This document shows, piece by piece, positions 15,868 to 29,164 of a stretch of DNA of 64,000 bases. Both the position numbers and the translations under genes were made by a program. The DNA lies in assembly GCA_964016885.1 (NCBI GenBank), contig OZ024741.1:118668001-118732000 (forward strand), in the 5' to 3' direction. The DNA comes from Eledone cirrhosa. Taxonomy: Eukaryota. The number at the start of each line of letters is the position of its first letter. The first letter of the stretch is position 1. Below the pieces are notes generated by a model. The model ran no database searches. It was not told the DNA's origin and saw only the letters and a list, made by a program, of their open reading frames with translations.

Positions 15868-16205
15868 AGTGTTGATGATGATGATGATGACGATGACGAT
15901 GATGATGATGATGACGATGACGATGACGATGACGATGATGATGATGATGACGATGACGATGACGATGATGATGACGATGATGGTGATGATGATGATGATA
16001 GAGGTGGTGGTGGTGGTGGAAATATCGTTATCATAGCATGACAAGAAAAGTGCGAACGCCGATGACGTTATCGGCGCCAACAGCTACGACGACGATGATG
16101 ATAGTGATGATGATGATAATGATGGGGATTGTAATGGTGATAATTGTGATTGTAATGGTGGTGGGTGGTAATGGTGATTGTGATGATGATGATGATGATG
16201 ATGTA
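15740..16205. repeat. (GAT/GAC)n microsatellite
   Basis: Direct inspection. Confidence 0.95.
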
Positions 16206-16399
16206 GCAGGGATTATACAGCAAACTGGATATCGATGACATTCCCACACAGGACAGGAAGAGATCAGTGACATTCACAAGAAAACAAAAAGAAGGAAAGT
16301 TAACATCCTACATTATATCGATTACCAATATCATGTTGCCGCCAAAACCAACAACAATGAACAAAGGAACCAGCATCTTGGTGGGATCCATACTTGTTC

Positions 16400-16960
16400 T
16401 TGTTGAATGCAAGTAACCTCCACTTCACCACAGTGAGCGTTGTCTTGATCCAATCTCAGTTTAAGTACAGGTAATCTTCGTCACACCGTCCACCACCACA
16501 GTGATTTTAATCCTCGATTTAGTTTTAGTTTGAGTAGAGTAGACCCCCCCCCCCTTCCTCCCACATACACACCACAAGCATACCGCCACAGTGAGCGCTG
16601 TCTTTGATCCGATTTTAGTTTTAGTACAAGTAACTCCCACCAACATCCCTGCAGTGAGTTCTATCCTTGATCAGATTTCAGTTTGAATACAAGTAAGCCC
16701 CCACTCCGCCGCACTACCGCACTGAGCTTAGTCCTTGATTAGCTTTAATTTAAATACAGGTAACCCCTACCACAAAAGAAAAAAAATCTGCTGTATTCGA
16801 ACCTGGAGAGGATTGGGCTCAACCAGGTTTTAAAATGTCATAGAAATGTGTATGTCAACACGGCGCCCCTATGACCCCCTCAGGAGTTACGGGAAATGCA
16901 TGTATGCAAAAGCCCACCATCACTACAGTAAATTTAGTCCTTGAACCAGTTTCTATTTGA
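16400..16960. repeat. Degenerate ~65-bp tandem repeat
   Basis: About 6 copies of cacagtgagc..tccttgatc..ttcagttt.agtacaagtaacc. Confidence 0.65.
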
Positions 16961-17094
16961 TCGCGAAATTGTTTCACATCCATTACTTTCTATTTCATCC
17001 ATTACTATTTCACGACTGTGCGTAGTGTACGAACCATACAAAATATAACGTTAAAATCTGCCTACATTCTACACACCGAACGTTGAATAATCAT

Positions 17095-18125
17095 TGATTC
17101 TAATTTTGGCACAAGGTCAGTAATTTGAAGGGAACGGAGGAAAGTCGATTAAATCGACCCCTGTGTGCAACTGGTACTTTATTTTATCGACCCCGTAAGG
17201 ATGAAAGGCAAAGTTAACCTCGACGGGATTTAAACTCAGAACTATATGCCGCAAAGCATATTATTCGATGCTCTACCGATACTGCCAATCTCCTGCCCTG
17301 AAGGTATGAATAATAATAATAATTATTATTTCTACTTTTGGCACAAGGCCAGCAATTATCCCAGTGTAATACTGGTACTTTATTTTATCGACCTCGTAAG
17401 GATGAAAGGCTAAGTTAACCTCGGCGGGAATTGAACTCAGACCATAAAGGGCCGTAACTCTTTGCTGCAAAGCATGACGTCCGACCCTCTACCGATACTG
17501 CCAATCCACCGCCCTAAGGATAATAATAATAATAATTATCATTATTGTCATAATTAAAGGCGGTGGATTGGCAGTATCGGTAGATCGTCAGACACAATGC
17601 TTTGCAGCATAGAATTATGGCCCTTTACGTTCTGAGTTCAAATCCCGCCGAGGATAGCTTTGCCTTTCATCCTTATGGTGTCGATAAAATAAAGCACCAG
17701 TAATACACTGGGGTCGATTTAATCGACTTTCCCTTCCCCCAAAATTACTGGCCTTGTGCCTATACTAGAAATCATTATTATTGTCATCATTTCTAACCTT
17801 GGCAATTATACAAACCTCTGTGCTTGACTGGTCTTTATTTTATCGACCCTGTAAAGATGAAAGGCAAAGCAAACCTCGGCGGGATTTGAACTCAGAACAA
17901 ATATTGTAAAAGTATTTTGCATGATACTCTACCAATTCTTCTAATCCACCACTCTCTTAATGATTTCTACTTTAGGCAAGTAATTTGGTAGGAGGTGGGG
18001 AGTCAATAAATCGAACCAGTATTTGACTGGCACTTTATTTTATCGACCCTAGACGAATGAAAGGCAAAGTTGACCTCCCCGAGTTTTGAAATCAGAACTT
18101 CGAGACCCGGAACAAATACCTTAAG
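17095..18125. mobile_element. Cluster of ~5 SINEs, including a head-to-head pair around the (AAT)n at 17520-17555
   Basis: SINE core on the - strand (17095-17515, 17790-18125) and the + strand (17558-17775). Confidence 0.85.
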
Positions 18126-19204
18126 GCGTTTTTTGACTCTTCAATGGGTGGGAGTTGGGTCCATTGAAAAATATATTTACACGAAAAACGTCCCTGTCAG
18201 TAAAAAGGCTGGGAACCACTGGACTAAAATTTCTCCATCTCTGCCATCATAAAAAGATTTCATGAGAGAAATTATACACAGAAGCTTGGAAATCAGTAGT
18301 TTTAGTGTTTTATGTGTTGTTAACCTACCTGAATACGAATTTGGAGACAAATATAGACATTATTGCTAAAATATTTATTATATTCCAGAAGTGGCATTTT
18401 TATGTTCGCTCGAATTTCATTAATAGGGCAGCCATCTTTTTTTTTTCTCGTTGGTGTCTCCTGAACGAATTTCTTGTAAGCTAATATTTTAGTGTTTAAC
18501 CGAACAACTTCCTGTTTATGTGTCCAATTAAGTATTTGTAACTGCTATAGAACATTAAGGGCTACTGTATTGTCGTAGAATCCACAGGAGAAGCGATAAA
18601 TAAATGTTAAGCAATGGAATGTGACATTCAACGGTGTATTCGTTGGTGATTCAACTGTTCTTCTATGTAAGTTTACTGTTTCCACTAAAGGAAAAAATGG
18701 AAAGGACACTAACTAATGCCGAAAATGTTTTCCTTCTTTTCTTCTTAATTCGATGCTACTGAGTGAAATCTGTGAAACTAAAACAACGACATACGTTATT
18801 TAGTATCGAGTCCAATACCATTTATATTTAGCTAAATTTTATCCAGTGAAAACAGAACACGTTTCTGGATGTCTTCATTGTATATTGCAAAGTCCCCAGT
18901 GGGACTAGCATTATATGGTATGTCGAGATAGTATATACCACAAGTTAAGCAGTGGGGCATAGTCTTGCATTAGAAGGTATCCTAACAGGCGTTCCATTGT
19001 TGTGGTTGTGTGCTATAGTCATTCATCCAAGAATCAATGATCCCTGAATCAATGAATCAATGAGCCCTGATGGAGTCATAAGCGCGCCGTCGTGATATAC
19101 GGCGTGTCTTTGACATTTAAACCTAGAGGAGCCCATCCCTCCTCAGGTCCGAACACAGCTGATTTCGTTCATCCAGAGAATGAAGAAAGTGAGAGGGATA
19201 GAAG

Positions 19205-20065
19205 AATAGACTCCAGTACTGGACCAGTACTTTATTTATCGACCTCGAAATGATTTGAACTCAGAGAACAAGCGAGCCGGAACGAACACATCGAAACCTA
19301 TTAATCCAACTTTCTAACAACTCTGCCAATTCGGCACCTTGAGACCCAGTAGTGATAATTATCAACACTTGAAGGTCGAAAGACATAGTTGAGCCTGGTT
19401 GGATTTGAACTCAAAACTTAAAACATGGAATAAAATTAAAATCGTTCGTACAGAGAATGTTGGTAGGGATTACTTCTCAGCTTATATCTGGGTAAACGTG
19501 AAGGTGCCTGGCCTAATGGTTAGGATACTTTATAAACACTTTATTTCACGTTGCTCCGGTACACTCGATTGAGATGAGTCCCACAGCAGTAGCTGGGGAA
19601 TTAAACCTGCGATAGAGCGACGTCCTGTCCAGGGAGAGTCTTGTACTCTCAGTCGCTTAGCGCCAAGGAAACCAGGGATAAACACCGACCTGATGAACCT
19701 TTGGATTAGAACAGACATTCATTTTTATATCTGGGTAAGACATGTTCTGCTCGGAGCTTCGTCATTATTCATATCCAGACACTAATCATCTTAATCTATT
19801 CGGTTATTTGAAAATTTAAATCAGTCTCATCATTCCGGTGCTTATTAAGCAATTAAGAGTACAATACTTCCTCCTAACGGTATACCAGTTCACCGCAGGG
19901 TTAACCCCCAGCTATTGCTGGTATTCATTTTTAAATGAGTGTACTGTAGCAAAGGGAAATAAAGTGTTTTACTCAAAAACACTCCGCGCCACCTGTTCCA
20001 GGAATCGAACCCACAATATGATGATCGTAAGTCTAACACCTTAACCACTAAGCCACGCACCTCCA
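19205..20065. mobile_element. Older SINE copies of two families
   Basis: Main-family fragments at 19205-19420 (-); second family with tRNA head gaaggtgcctggcctaatggttagg (19501, +) and its reverse ending at ~20063. Confidence 0.6.
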
Positions 20066-20179
20066 CATTTTCAGTACTGAATAAAAAATAATTGTTTGTT
20101 TTTAATTGAAAATACTTAATTTATATCAAATTAAACAATTATTTTATGGGAAATCCTTTGAAAATGTACAAATACGATT

Positions 20180-20248
20180 ACTACTACTATCACAACTGCT
20201 GCTACCACCACTACCACAACCACTACTACTACTACCACCACTACCACA

Positions 20249-20313
<65 letters not shown>

Positions 20314-20413
20314 CACTACTACTACCACCACTACCACAACTACTACTACTACTACTACTACTACTAGTAGTACTACTACCACCACCACCACTACTACTAC
20401 CACCACTACCACA

Positions 20414-20477
<64 letters not shown>

Positions 20478-20485
20478 GTACTACA

Positions 20486-20548
<63 letters not shown>

Positions 20549-20620
20549 GCTGCTGCTACCACCACTACCACAACCACTATTACTACCACAACCACTACTA
20601 CTACTACCACCACTACCACA

Positions 20621-20660
<40 letters not shown>

Positions 20661-20707
20661 GTAATACTACTACCACCACCACTACTACTACTACCACCAC
20701 TACCACA

Positions 20708-20750
<43 letters not shown>

Positions 20751-20764
20751 GTACTACAACCACA

Positions 20765-20812
<48 letters not shown>

Positions 20813-20939
20813 GCTGCTGCTACCACCACTACCACAACCACTACTACTACCACAACTACTACTACTACTACTGCTACTACTGCTACTACTACTACTACTA
20901 CTGCTACTACTACTAGTACTACTACCACAACCACAACCA

Positions 20940-20999
<60 letters not shown>

Positions 21000-21003
21000 C
21001 ACA

Positions 21004-21034
<31 letters not shown>

Positions 21035-21175
21035 ATATCACCACTGCTGTACCACCACTACCACAAACACTACCACAACCACAACAACAACAACAACTAC
21101 TACTACTACTACTGCTACCACCACCACTACTACTACTACTAGAACCACCAGTGGTGGTGGTTGTGGTGGTGGTGT
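20180..21175. repeat. (CTA/CCA)n compound microsatellite
   Basis: Direct inspection. Confidence 0.95.
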
Positions 21176-21372
21176 GTGTGTGTAAAGTATGTTGAAGTCT
21201 GCAAGTAGCGTGGATGTGTGTGTGTGTATGTACGTGATTGTGTGTGTGTGTATATATATATATATATAAAGTATATGTGTGAGACCGTAAGATGCTTGTG
21301 TGTATAAGGTGTAAGACGTTAGTATGTGTGTATGTGTGTGTATATATAAGGTATGTGTGAGTGTAAGATGCT

Positions 21373-21428
<56 letters not shown>

Positions 21429-21891
21429 AAATGTGAGAGCATGCAAGATGTTGTGTGTGTGTGTGTTCGAGTGTAAGGTTGGTGTCTATATGTAAGTGTA
21501 AGAGAGAAAATATCAATTAAGCTAAGAAAAAACAATGGGGGAGGGAGAAAACAATTGATTGACATTCATCTTGTTGTTGTTGTTGTTAGTATTATTGTTT
21601 TTATCATTGTTATTATTAATGTTGTTGTTAGTGTTGGTGCAGTTGTCGTTACTACTGTTATTACTGTTATCATTATTATTATTATTGGTCTAAGCGGACG
21701 TATTTTGCTCGCTCACAGTAAGTCACTTTATTTGCCTGTTTAAATTATTTGTTGTTAAATATTTCTTGTTGTGTAAGGGATATAAACCCTTAGACTTTGC
21801 CCTGTGAAGGGGAAAGTATAATATTTGGGCCTTTTGGCCCAAACATTTGAACTTTTTTTACATGTTAAAAAATTTACGAAGAAAAAAAAAC

Positions 21892-23880
21892 ATGTCTGAG
21901 CCCCCCCGCGATATGTCGGCTGTCGTGCGACAACGACGTAGAAGTTGAGAGGAGCGCTACAGCGAAATTAACACACATTGATAACACAAACACCACCACA
22001 AACAAGGTAAACAAAGACAGCAATGATACCAATGAGAACTCTAATTTAAAAAAAAAAAATGAGAGTAACAGCGACAACGAAAATACAGATAACAAAAAAA
22101 AAAAAAAAAAAAAAAATACAACAACAATATCAACACCACTAACATGAAAACAAATAGCGACAACACCAACAGCAACAATACCAACTGCACCGAGAACAAC
22201 GGTGGCAGCAAAGACAACAATGATAACAGCGACAGTGCTATCAACAACACCAACAAGAACAACGTCAACAACACCCCCAACGAAAACAAGACCACTTTCG
22301 CTGCGGCAGCAGCAAAAAAGAGGCCATGCCTCAACATGGACCTCTCAAACAAAGATGAAAAGTTGGCCCAGGCATGGAAGCTCATCAAGCAAGAGCAAAC
22401 TTGGGCCAACTTAACTGTCCCGGTAGAAGCTATTGAGGCAGTGGAGCGCAAAACGGTGCATTATAGATGCATCACAGCACAAACCTAAAGGGCAGCGTTA
22501 ATCCCACAAGAAGATATCGAAGTCGCGCTGAGGTGCATCAGAGAAGACACCCAGTACATAGAGAGGGGGCAGACAGTACGGCACCATTTCGGTGTTGTTC
22601 AAGTCAGAAGCCCTCGCGATGAAACACGCCATGACTCCTTGCAAAACCAGCAAGGTCATAATGTACCCCTCCCACATGGGAAAAAGAACGGCCCGTCTCC
22701 GCATTCCCAGAATCCCACCAGGACTTGACATGTGGTGGCTTCTGGGATGTGTGATTGTGGAGGGGACGGATACAGTCCCTATAGAAGTGACCAGAACGGC
22801 CAGAGAGGACTGGTCCGGGGTTGACCTGGAGATCCTTCTCCAGATCAGGCCCGAGAATGTGAAGACAATCCCAGACCAGATCCGACTTCAGAATGGGACT
22901 GTCATTCACATTATGACCGAAGGCAAAAGGCCGCAGTGTTTTGTTTGTGGGGAAAAAACCCATTTGCGAGCCTTCTGCCCTCAACTGCTGAAAGAGGCAA
23001 GGGGTCGAAAGGCTCCACTGCTGCCGACGCCGGGGCGAGGACCACAACCAACACCTGCACCGGCAAAACCACCACCAACAACAACACCAATAGAAAAAAC
23101 ACCACCAACATTGACCACACAGGGGGGAAACGAGGAAAGCTGTCAAATTCCCCCCCCCCCAAAAAAATACACACACCAATAAAACCTTAAACATACATAC
23201 AAACACACTTACAGACACAGACCCCTCATCTACCAGTAGTGAAGATGAGAGAAATCCCAAATCCCCCAAAATACAAAAAAAGGAAACACAAAAAGAAGAA
23301 AAAAAACTCAACAAAGCACAAAAGCACCCACAATAAAAAACGCAGACACCACCCACGCAAACATGTCTCCAATATCACCAACATCAACACCACCATCACC
23401 ATCACCAGAATCCCCCAAACGAAAACAACCGAAACAGACGCAAGAACAAATATACACACAAACATCTGAAACCACAGACGCCGCACTCACAACAAACACA
23501 GATACAACCGAAACAACACCACCAAAACCATCACCACCACAGCCACGCAAAGAAATAAAATCACACCAACAAAACATACAAAACTTCGTGCTCGTCAGGA
23601 GGGCCAACAAGGAACTGATGGCCTTCGTAGCACGAAGTGAAAATATACAAAAAGAGGGAGAAATGTTTAAATCGAGCACATTTCGCGTGCCGGAAGATTT
23701 GGTTCTGGTGCGAATGTCGCTCGATATATTCAAAGAAATATGAGACAGCTTTCCTCGGGACGTGGGAACCCCGAACGTAAAACCCACTTCAAGACTTTTA
23801 AAGGGGTTCCCAAAAGAAACTCCACTAACTATGGAGGTCGAACAACCCGACCTTCACAAGAGCCCGGAAGGTAAGTAAAC
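21892..23880 (+). pseudogene. Tx1 ORF1 (gag-like), disrupted
   Basis: Asn-rich N-terminus, TFAAAAAK, zinc knuckle CFVCGEKTHLRAFC, Pro/Thr-rich tail; stop at 22486 and homopolymer frameshifts. Confidence 0.75.
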
Positions 23881-23903
23881 CTTCCTCTTTCTAACCTGCC
23901 AAC

Positions 23904-26900
23904 ATGGCCGTATTAAGAGTAGGATGTTTAAATGTTCGAGGCCTGGGATCGTCCTGGAAACAGGGTCACCTGCTCAACGACCTCAGGTCTATAGAAATGG
24001 ATGTAATTGCAGTCAGCGAGACCAGGATTTCCGACACGCGCGCACTAGCCCCCATTTTCGACGACTATCAGATCTTTGCATCTGTTAGCCAGCCGGGAAT
24101 GGGAGGCGGGGTGGCAGTGCTGTTTAGGAGAGGCCTGGATCTCGAGGTAAGGTCGATCTTCCGGGACCCGGACGGGAAGTTGGTGGTCCTGGACGTGAAC
24201 AATAATGAAGGTGGTGCCTTTAGACTGGTGGCCGTCTATGCTCCTACTGGGGCAGGACGGCCGGACTTCTTTAGACGCCTGGAAGCCTTTCTGGGTACGC
24301 CTCGCCCTTTACTGTTAGCGGGGGACTGGAACGGCATCTTAGACGCACGCTGGGACTGTGTGGGAGTATCCGATAGGAGCGGAGGGTGCAAAAGCCTCAA
24401 GCACCTACTCAGCCTGTTCCAACTATCTGACAGGTACCGACTAGATTTCCCTAATGCGCCAGTGTGGACCTGGGCTAACCGCATAGGGTCATCTAGATCG
24501 TATATAGACAGGATATTCATTAGGAAAATAGACAGAAATAGTGTAAGCTGTCCACGTTTTGAAACGGTCGCCTATTCAGATCACAAGTTTGTGATCTGTA
24601 TGGTCGACCTAGATAAGACGCGTAGGTTAGGACCTGGTTACTGGAAGCTAAACATGCCATTTCCGGCACGTAAGGCTTACAGGGACCAGGTCAACAATTT
24701 AGTTAAGAAAAAGTTGACAGGGGGAGTCGTCAACAATAGATGGTGGGGGGCTCTCAAAAGAGAGATTAGAGTAATGTCGATAGAGTTTAGCAAAGAAGTA
24801 GCATTAGAGAAAAATAGAAAGGAGGGAGAGTTGGTAGATAAGTTAGACGAGGCTATTGGTAGTGGCATTGCAACTGATGTGCTAGCGGCGAGAATGGCAT
24901 TAGACCATTTCTTCAATGCGAAACACGAAGGTTGCATTGTCAGAGCTAAGGCGCGTGCTCTGAGAAACGAGGGAACCAAAGCTGTTCGATGGGCCCGCGT
25001 GGCAGAGGCGCAGCGTCGTAAGAAAACCACGATTCGGTCTTTGACGGACCGAGACGGGCTCGAGCTGAGCGATTCCAAGAGGATGAGTGAGGCCTTTCGC
25101 CAACATTCTGCTCGGTTGTTCGGGGGAAGTGGCGGGTCAGAGATGGTGGCGGACTTCAGTCCCTACCTCGATGGCTTGCCGCAACTCTCGACGGCTGATG
25201 CTGGGCGCTGCGAAAGGCCAATTACTTCAGCCGAGATTCAGGATGCCCTTGTAGGCTGCATAAGGCGCAAGTCACCCGGTTTGGATGGTCTGCCCTACGA
25301 GCTTTACGTAAATATGCCAGCTTGTTCTCCAATCTCCTCGAAGCGCTCTACTGCAACTGGCAGCAAAACGGGAGTATTCCCAGTTCTGTGAGCCGGGGCG
25401 TAGTGACGCTGATAAGGAAAGACGAGAACAAGAGGGACACATTAGACAATTTCAGGCCCATAACTCTGTTAAACACAGAGTTTAAGATTTTGGCCAGGGT
25501 GTTAGCGAAGAGGTTGGCGCTTGTCGTCGGGGATTTGGTTGGGGAGGCGCAAACTTGCGCAATCCCAACCAGGTCCATACACGACAACCTCCACCTAATG
25601 CGATACATCATAGAGAGGGTAGGGTGTAAACCTGGCTTCGGTGGGGCTCTGATCAATTTAGATCAATCGAAAGCATTCGATAGGGTCGACCATCGGTACC
25701 TGGAGGCTGTCCTCAATGCGGCTGGCTTCGGCCCCGTCTTCAGAAGCTGGATCGCTGCAATGCACAGCGGCACCTGCTCGATGGTCAAAATTAATGGCCA
25801 CCTCTCGGAACCGTTTCAGGTATCCCGATCGGTCCGTCAAGGGTGCCCTCTCTCCTCCCTTCTGTACGTATTGACTCTCGAGCCTTTACTGCGGAAGCTG
25901 GAGCTGTTGCAGGGCATCCCGCTCGAACCGGGATGCGGAAAGGCTGTGTCGGCTTATGCGGACGACATCACCGTGATGGTGTCAGACACCTCAGAAATCG
26001 AGGTGGTTGGCAACTTATTGGAGGAATATGAAAGGTTGACGGGAGCAAAACTTAACCCGGAAAAGTCAGTGGGCTTGCAACTCGGCACCTGGAGAGGCAA
26101 GTCCATGCCGTCCAACAGCGTCGTTAGGCGCTAGACGGACGGACCGGTAAAGTTGCTAGGGGTTTAGTTCGGGCCAGATCTCCAGGTGGATAAGAATTGG
26201 GACGAGGTGACGGGCAGGGTAGTCAGTCTCACCCAGAAATGGGCTGGGATGAAGCTATCACTGAACGGTCGGGCGGAGGTGGCGAACGCGTACATCGCGT
26301 CCGTCATCTACTACCGTCTGACTGTCGTCCCTTGCCCCCGTTCGCGCCTCGCCATCTTGGAGCGGCTCCTCTTCAAATTCTTGTGGAGGGGTCAGGTTCC
26401 GCTGGTGAGGCGGTCCATCTGCTGCCAGCACCCTCTACGTGGAGGGCTGGGCATGCCGTGGCTAATGATGCGCAGGCACGCGCTGAGGCTGCGGCATCTC
26501 CAGATATTCTGCCTAAACGGTGAACAGGTGTGGTCGCCGTTTGTCAGACGGGCCTTTCCGCAGCTCGTTTCTTTGACTGAATTGCAGTCCTGGGTCAAGA
26601 AGAGACCGAGTCTGGGTGACTGGCATCTGGAATGTTGCCAGGCACTCACTGCCCTCTACCAGGCGGGCAATGCGGTCAGTGGAACTTCCACTCTCGAGTT
26701 CTATAGAGGATTAGTGGTGGGCAAGTGCGACGACGCACTCGGAGAGGCTCTGGGAGTCAACGAAGTCGAACTAACCAGTCTGTACCGGAGGACTTTCGAG
26801 CCGGGGACGATGGATAATTTCCAAAAATCCCTCGCTTGGCAGTGCTACAGGGGGGCACTGCCGGTTCGAGATAAACTCTACAGGCACGGAAGTGCTGTCA

Positions 26901-27343
26901 GACGGACCTGTCCGAGATGCGCGCAGAGCGACGAAACCGTTCTGCACGCACTTGTCCAGTGTCCGTGCATTACTGACTTGTGGAGTTATGTTGAACAGCT
27001 GTTGTCGCTGTTGTGGAGTTATGTTGAACAGCTGTTGTCGCTGTTGTCGGCCGAGTCCATAGTGAAGATCGACCCGCCGCCTTCTTTTGGCCAGGAAGGG
27101 CAGGAAATTTTCCTCTGTCTGGTGGCAGTAGCGAAAGAGGTATTATGGTGGACGAGGTTGAAAGGACTGAAGACAGACACTTTTCTCTTCGGCCAATCCC
27201 TCATCAACTTTTTCAAGTTTCACTTGGAAAGGAAGGTGAGGGTGGAGAGAGAAGTGCTGCCCCCCAGTACATTTGCTGAAAGGTGGGTGAATGTGGCGAG
27301 AATGGCCCGTGTGAGTCGGCCTACTCTGGTCATGCGGCTGTAG
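23904..27343 (+). pseudogene. Tx1 ORF2: apurinic endonuclease, reverse transcriptase and C-terminal zinc-binding domain
   Basis: LNVRGL, SETR, GDWN, YIDRIF, SDH (APE); KSPGLDGL, FRPITLLN, DQSKAFDRVDH, VRQGCPLS, YADD (RT); CPRC..ETVLHALVQC. Frameshift ~25320, TAG stops at 26132 and 26165, 33-bp duplication ~26978-27045. Confidence 0.95.
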
Positions 27344-27636
27344 GAAGGTAAATTTGAAGAAGAGAGGGGTGCCCTTCCAGGGTGCTCTCGAAGCGTCGGG
27401 TCGTTCAGGACTGGTGGGGTACCTGAGCGAACCCTAGGTGGTCATCCCCCCTATTGGGGAATTTTTTCCTGTTGTAATTTTATTGTTACTTTACTGTTAC
27501 TTTGTTATTGTTACTTTGTTTATTCATATTGTTTACTCGATTTTTCTGTAAAACCCCACTGTCCCAGTCTTTTGTATTGTCCCCTATATGTCGGCCCTGG
27601 TGGCCAATAAATGAAATCATTATTATTATTAATATT

Positions 27637-28420
27637 GTCGGTGTATTGGCAGTATCGGTAGAGGGCCGGACGCCATGCTTTGACGCATAGAGTTACGGCC
27701 CTTGCCATTCTGAGTTCAAAAACCGCCGAGGTTAACTTTGCCTTTCATCCTTACGGGGTCGATAAAATAAAGTACCAGTAATGTACTGGGGTCAATAAAA
27801 TAAAGTACCAGTAATGTACTGGGGTCGATATAATCGACTTCCCCCTCCCCCAAATTGCTGGCCTTGTGCCTATATAAGAAATCATTATTAGATCAGCTTT
27901 GCCTTTGGCAGTATAGGTAGAGGGTCGGACGCCATGCTTTGCAGCAAAGAGTTACGGCCCTTTACGGTCTGAGTTCAAATCCTGCCGAGGTTAACTTTGC
28001 CTTTCATCCTTACGAGGTCGATAAAATAAAGTACCAGTAATGTACTGGGATAATTGCTGGCCTTATGCCTAAAGTAGAAACAATTATTACGGTGGATTGG
28101 CAGTATCGGTAGAGGGTCGGACGCCATGCTTTGACGCATAGAGTTACGGCCCTTTCCATTCTGAGTTCAAATCCGGCCGAGGTTAACTTTGCCTTTCATC
28201 CTTACGGGTTCGATAAAATAAAGTACCAGTAATGTACTGAGTAATTGCTGACCTTGTGCCAAAAGTAGAAACAATTATTGTTAAGTCAGCTTTACCTTTC
28301 ATCCATAAGGGGTCGATAAAATAAAGTACCAGTAATGCACTGAGATCAATTTAATCAACATACCCCCCCCCCCCCCCACTTACAAAATTACTGGCCTTGT
28401 GCCTAACTCTGAAACCATTA
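27637..28420 (+). mobile_element. Tandem array of ~4 SINE copies
   Basis: Head-to-tail SINE copies starting at ~27637, 27905, 28091 and 28285. Confidence 0.88.
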
Positions 28421-29164
28421 TTTCTACAGTTCTGTATTTTATTCTTGAGCCAATATTAATGTTGTCCCAGCTTGAATCTGTCCAAAGTTGACAGATACCT
28501 TACTGTCTTATGGATGGTTGAACCTTAGAATTGAGTTAAGTGGTTACCTCAAGGGAGATCACATGTTCAGTAGTAGCAGTGGAGTGGGTGGGGGTGTTGA
28601 GGAGGAGGGGGAGGAGGTTAATCTAAGAGCTTCAGGTTCGGGAAATCTTTTAAACTGTCACCAGCAGCATCACCATCACCAACTTCACTATCATTATGAT
28701 CACCATTATCATCCCCAGTACCACCACCACCACCACCTACGTCACCACCAGCACAACTACCATTACTACCACCACCACACCACCATCACCACCACCGCCA
28801 TCTCCACTTCTTGGTTGTTTTAATGATAGGGGTTCCACCACCACCACCACCACCATTTTCTCCACCATCACCATCACCATTAACATCATCAGCTTCACTA
28901 TCATCATCATCACCACCACCACCACCACCACCACCACCAACACCACCACCATCACCATCACCACCACCATCATTTCCACCATCATCATCTCAACCATCAC
29001 TATTATCATTATCAAGACCACCGTCACCACCACCAACGTCACCACCACCATTATTACCACCATCATTATCTCCACCACCGGTACCACCACCACCATCCCC
29101 ACTATCGTTACCAGCTTTACTATCATTATCATCAGCATCATCGTCATCGTTATTATCACCACCA

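Larger units (their letters stand above)
21687..27630 (+). mobile_element. Near full-length Tx1/L1-group non-LTR retrotransposon, inactivated
   Basis: 5' agcggacgt motif, ORF1 with CCHC knuckle, ORF2 APE-RT-Zn, AATAAA at 27606, (ATT)n at both ends; GC-richer than the flanks. Confidence 0.92.

Noticed and set aside
18425-18675. Promoter or first exon (GCCATCTT, ACTTCCTG, gtaag donors)
   Set aside because: Short motifs only, with no linked coding exons
20106-21035. Leu/Pro-rich 309-aa ORF (and similar at 15622-16080, 36125-36928, 53635-54659)
   Set aside because: Trinucleotide microsatellite translations
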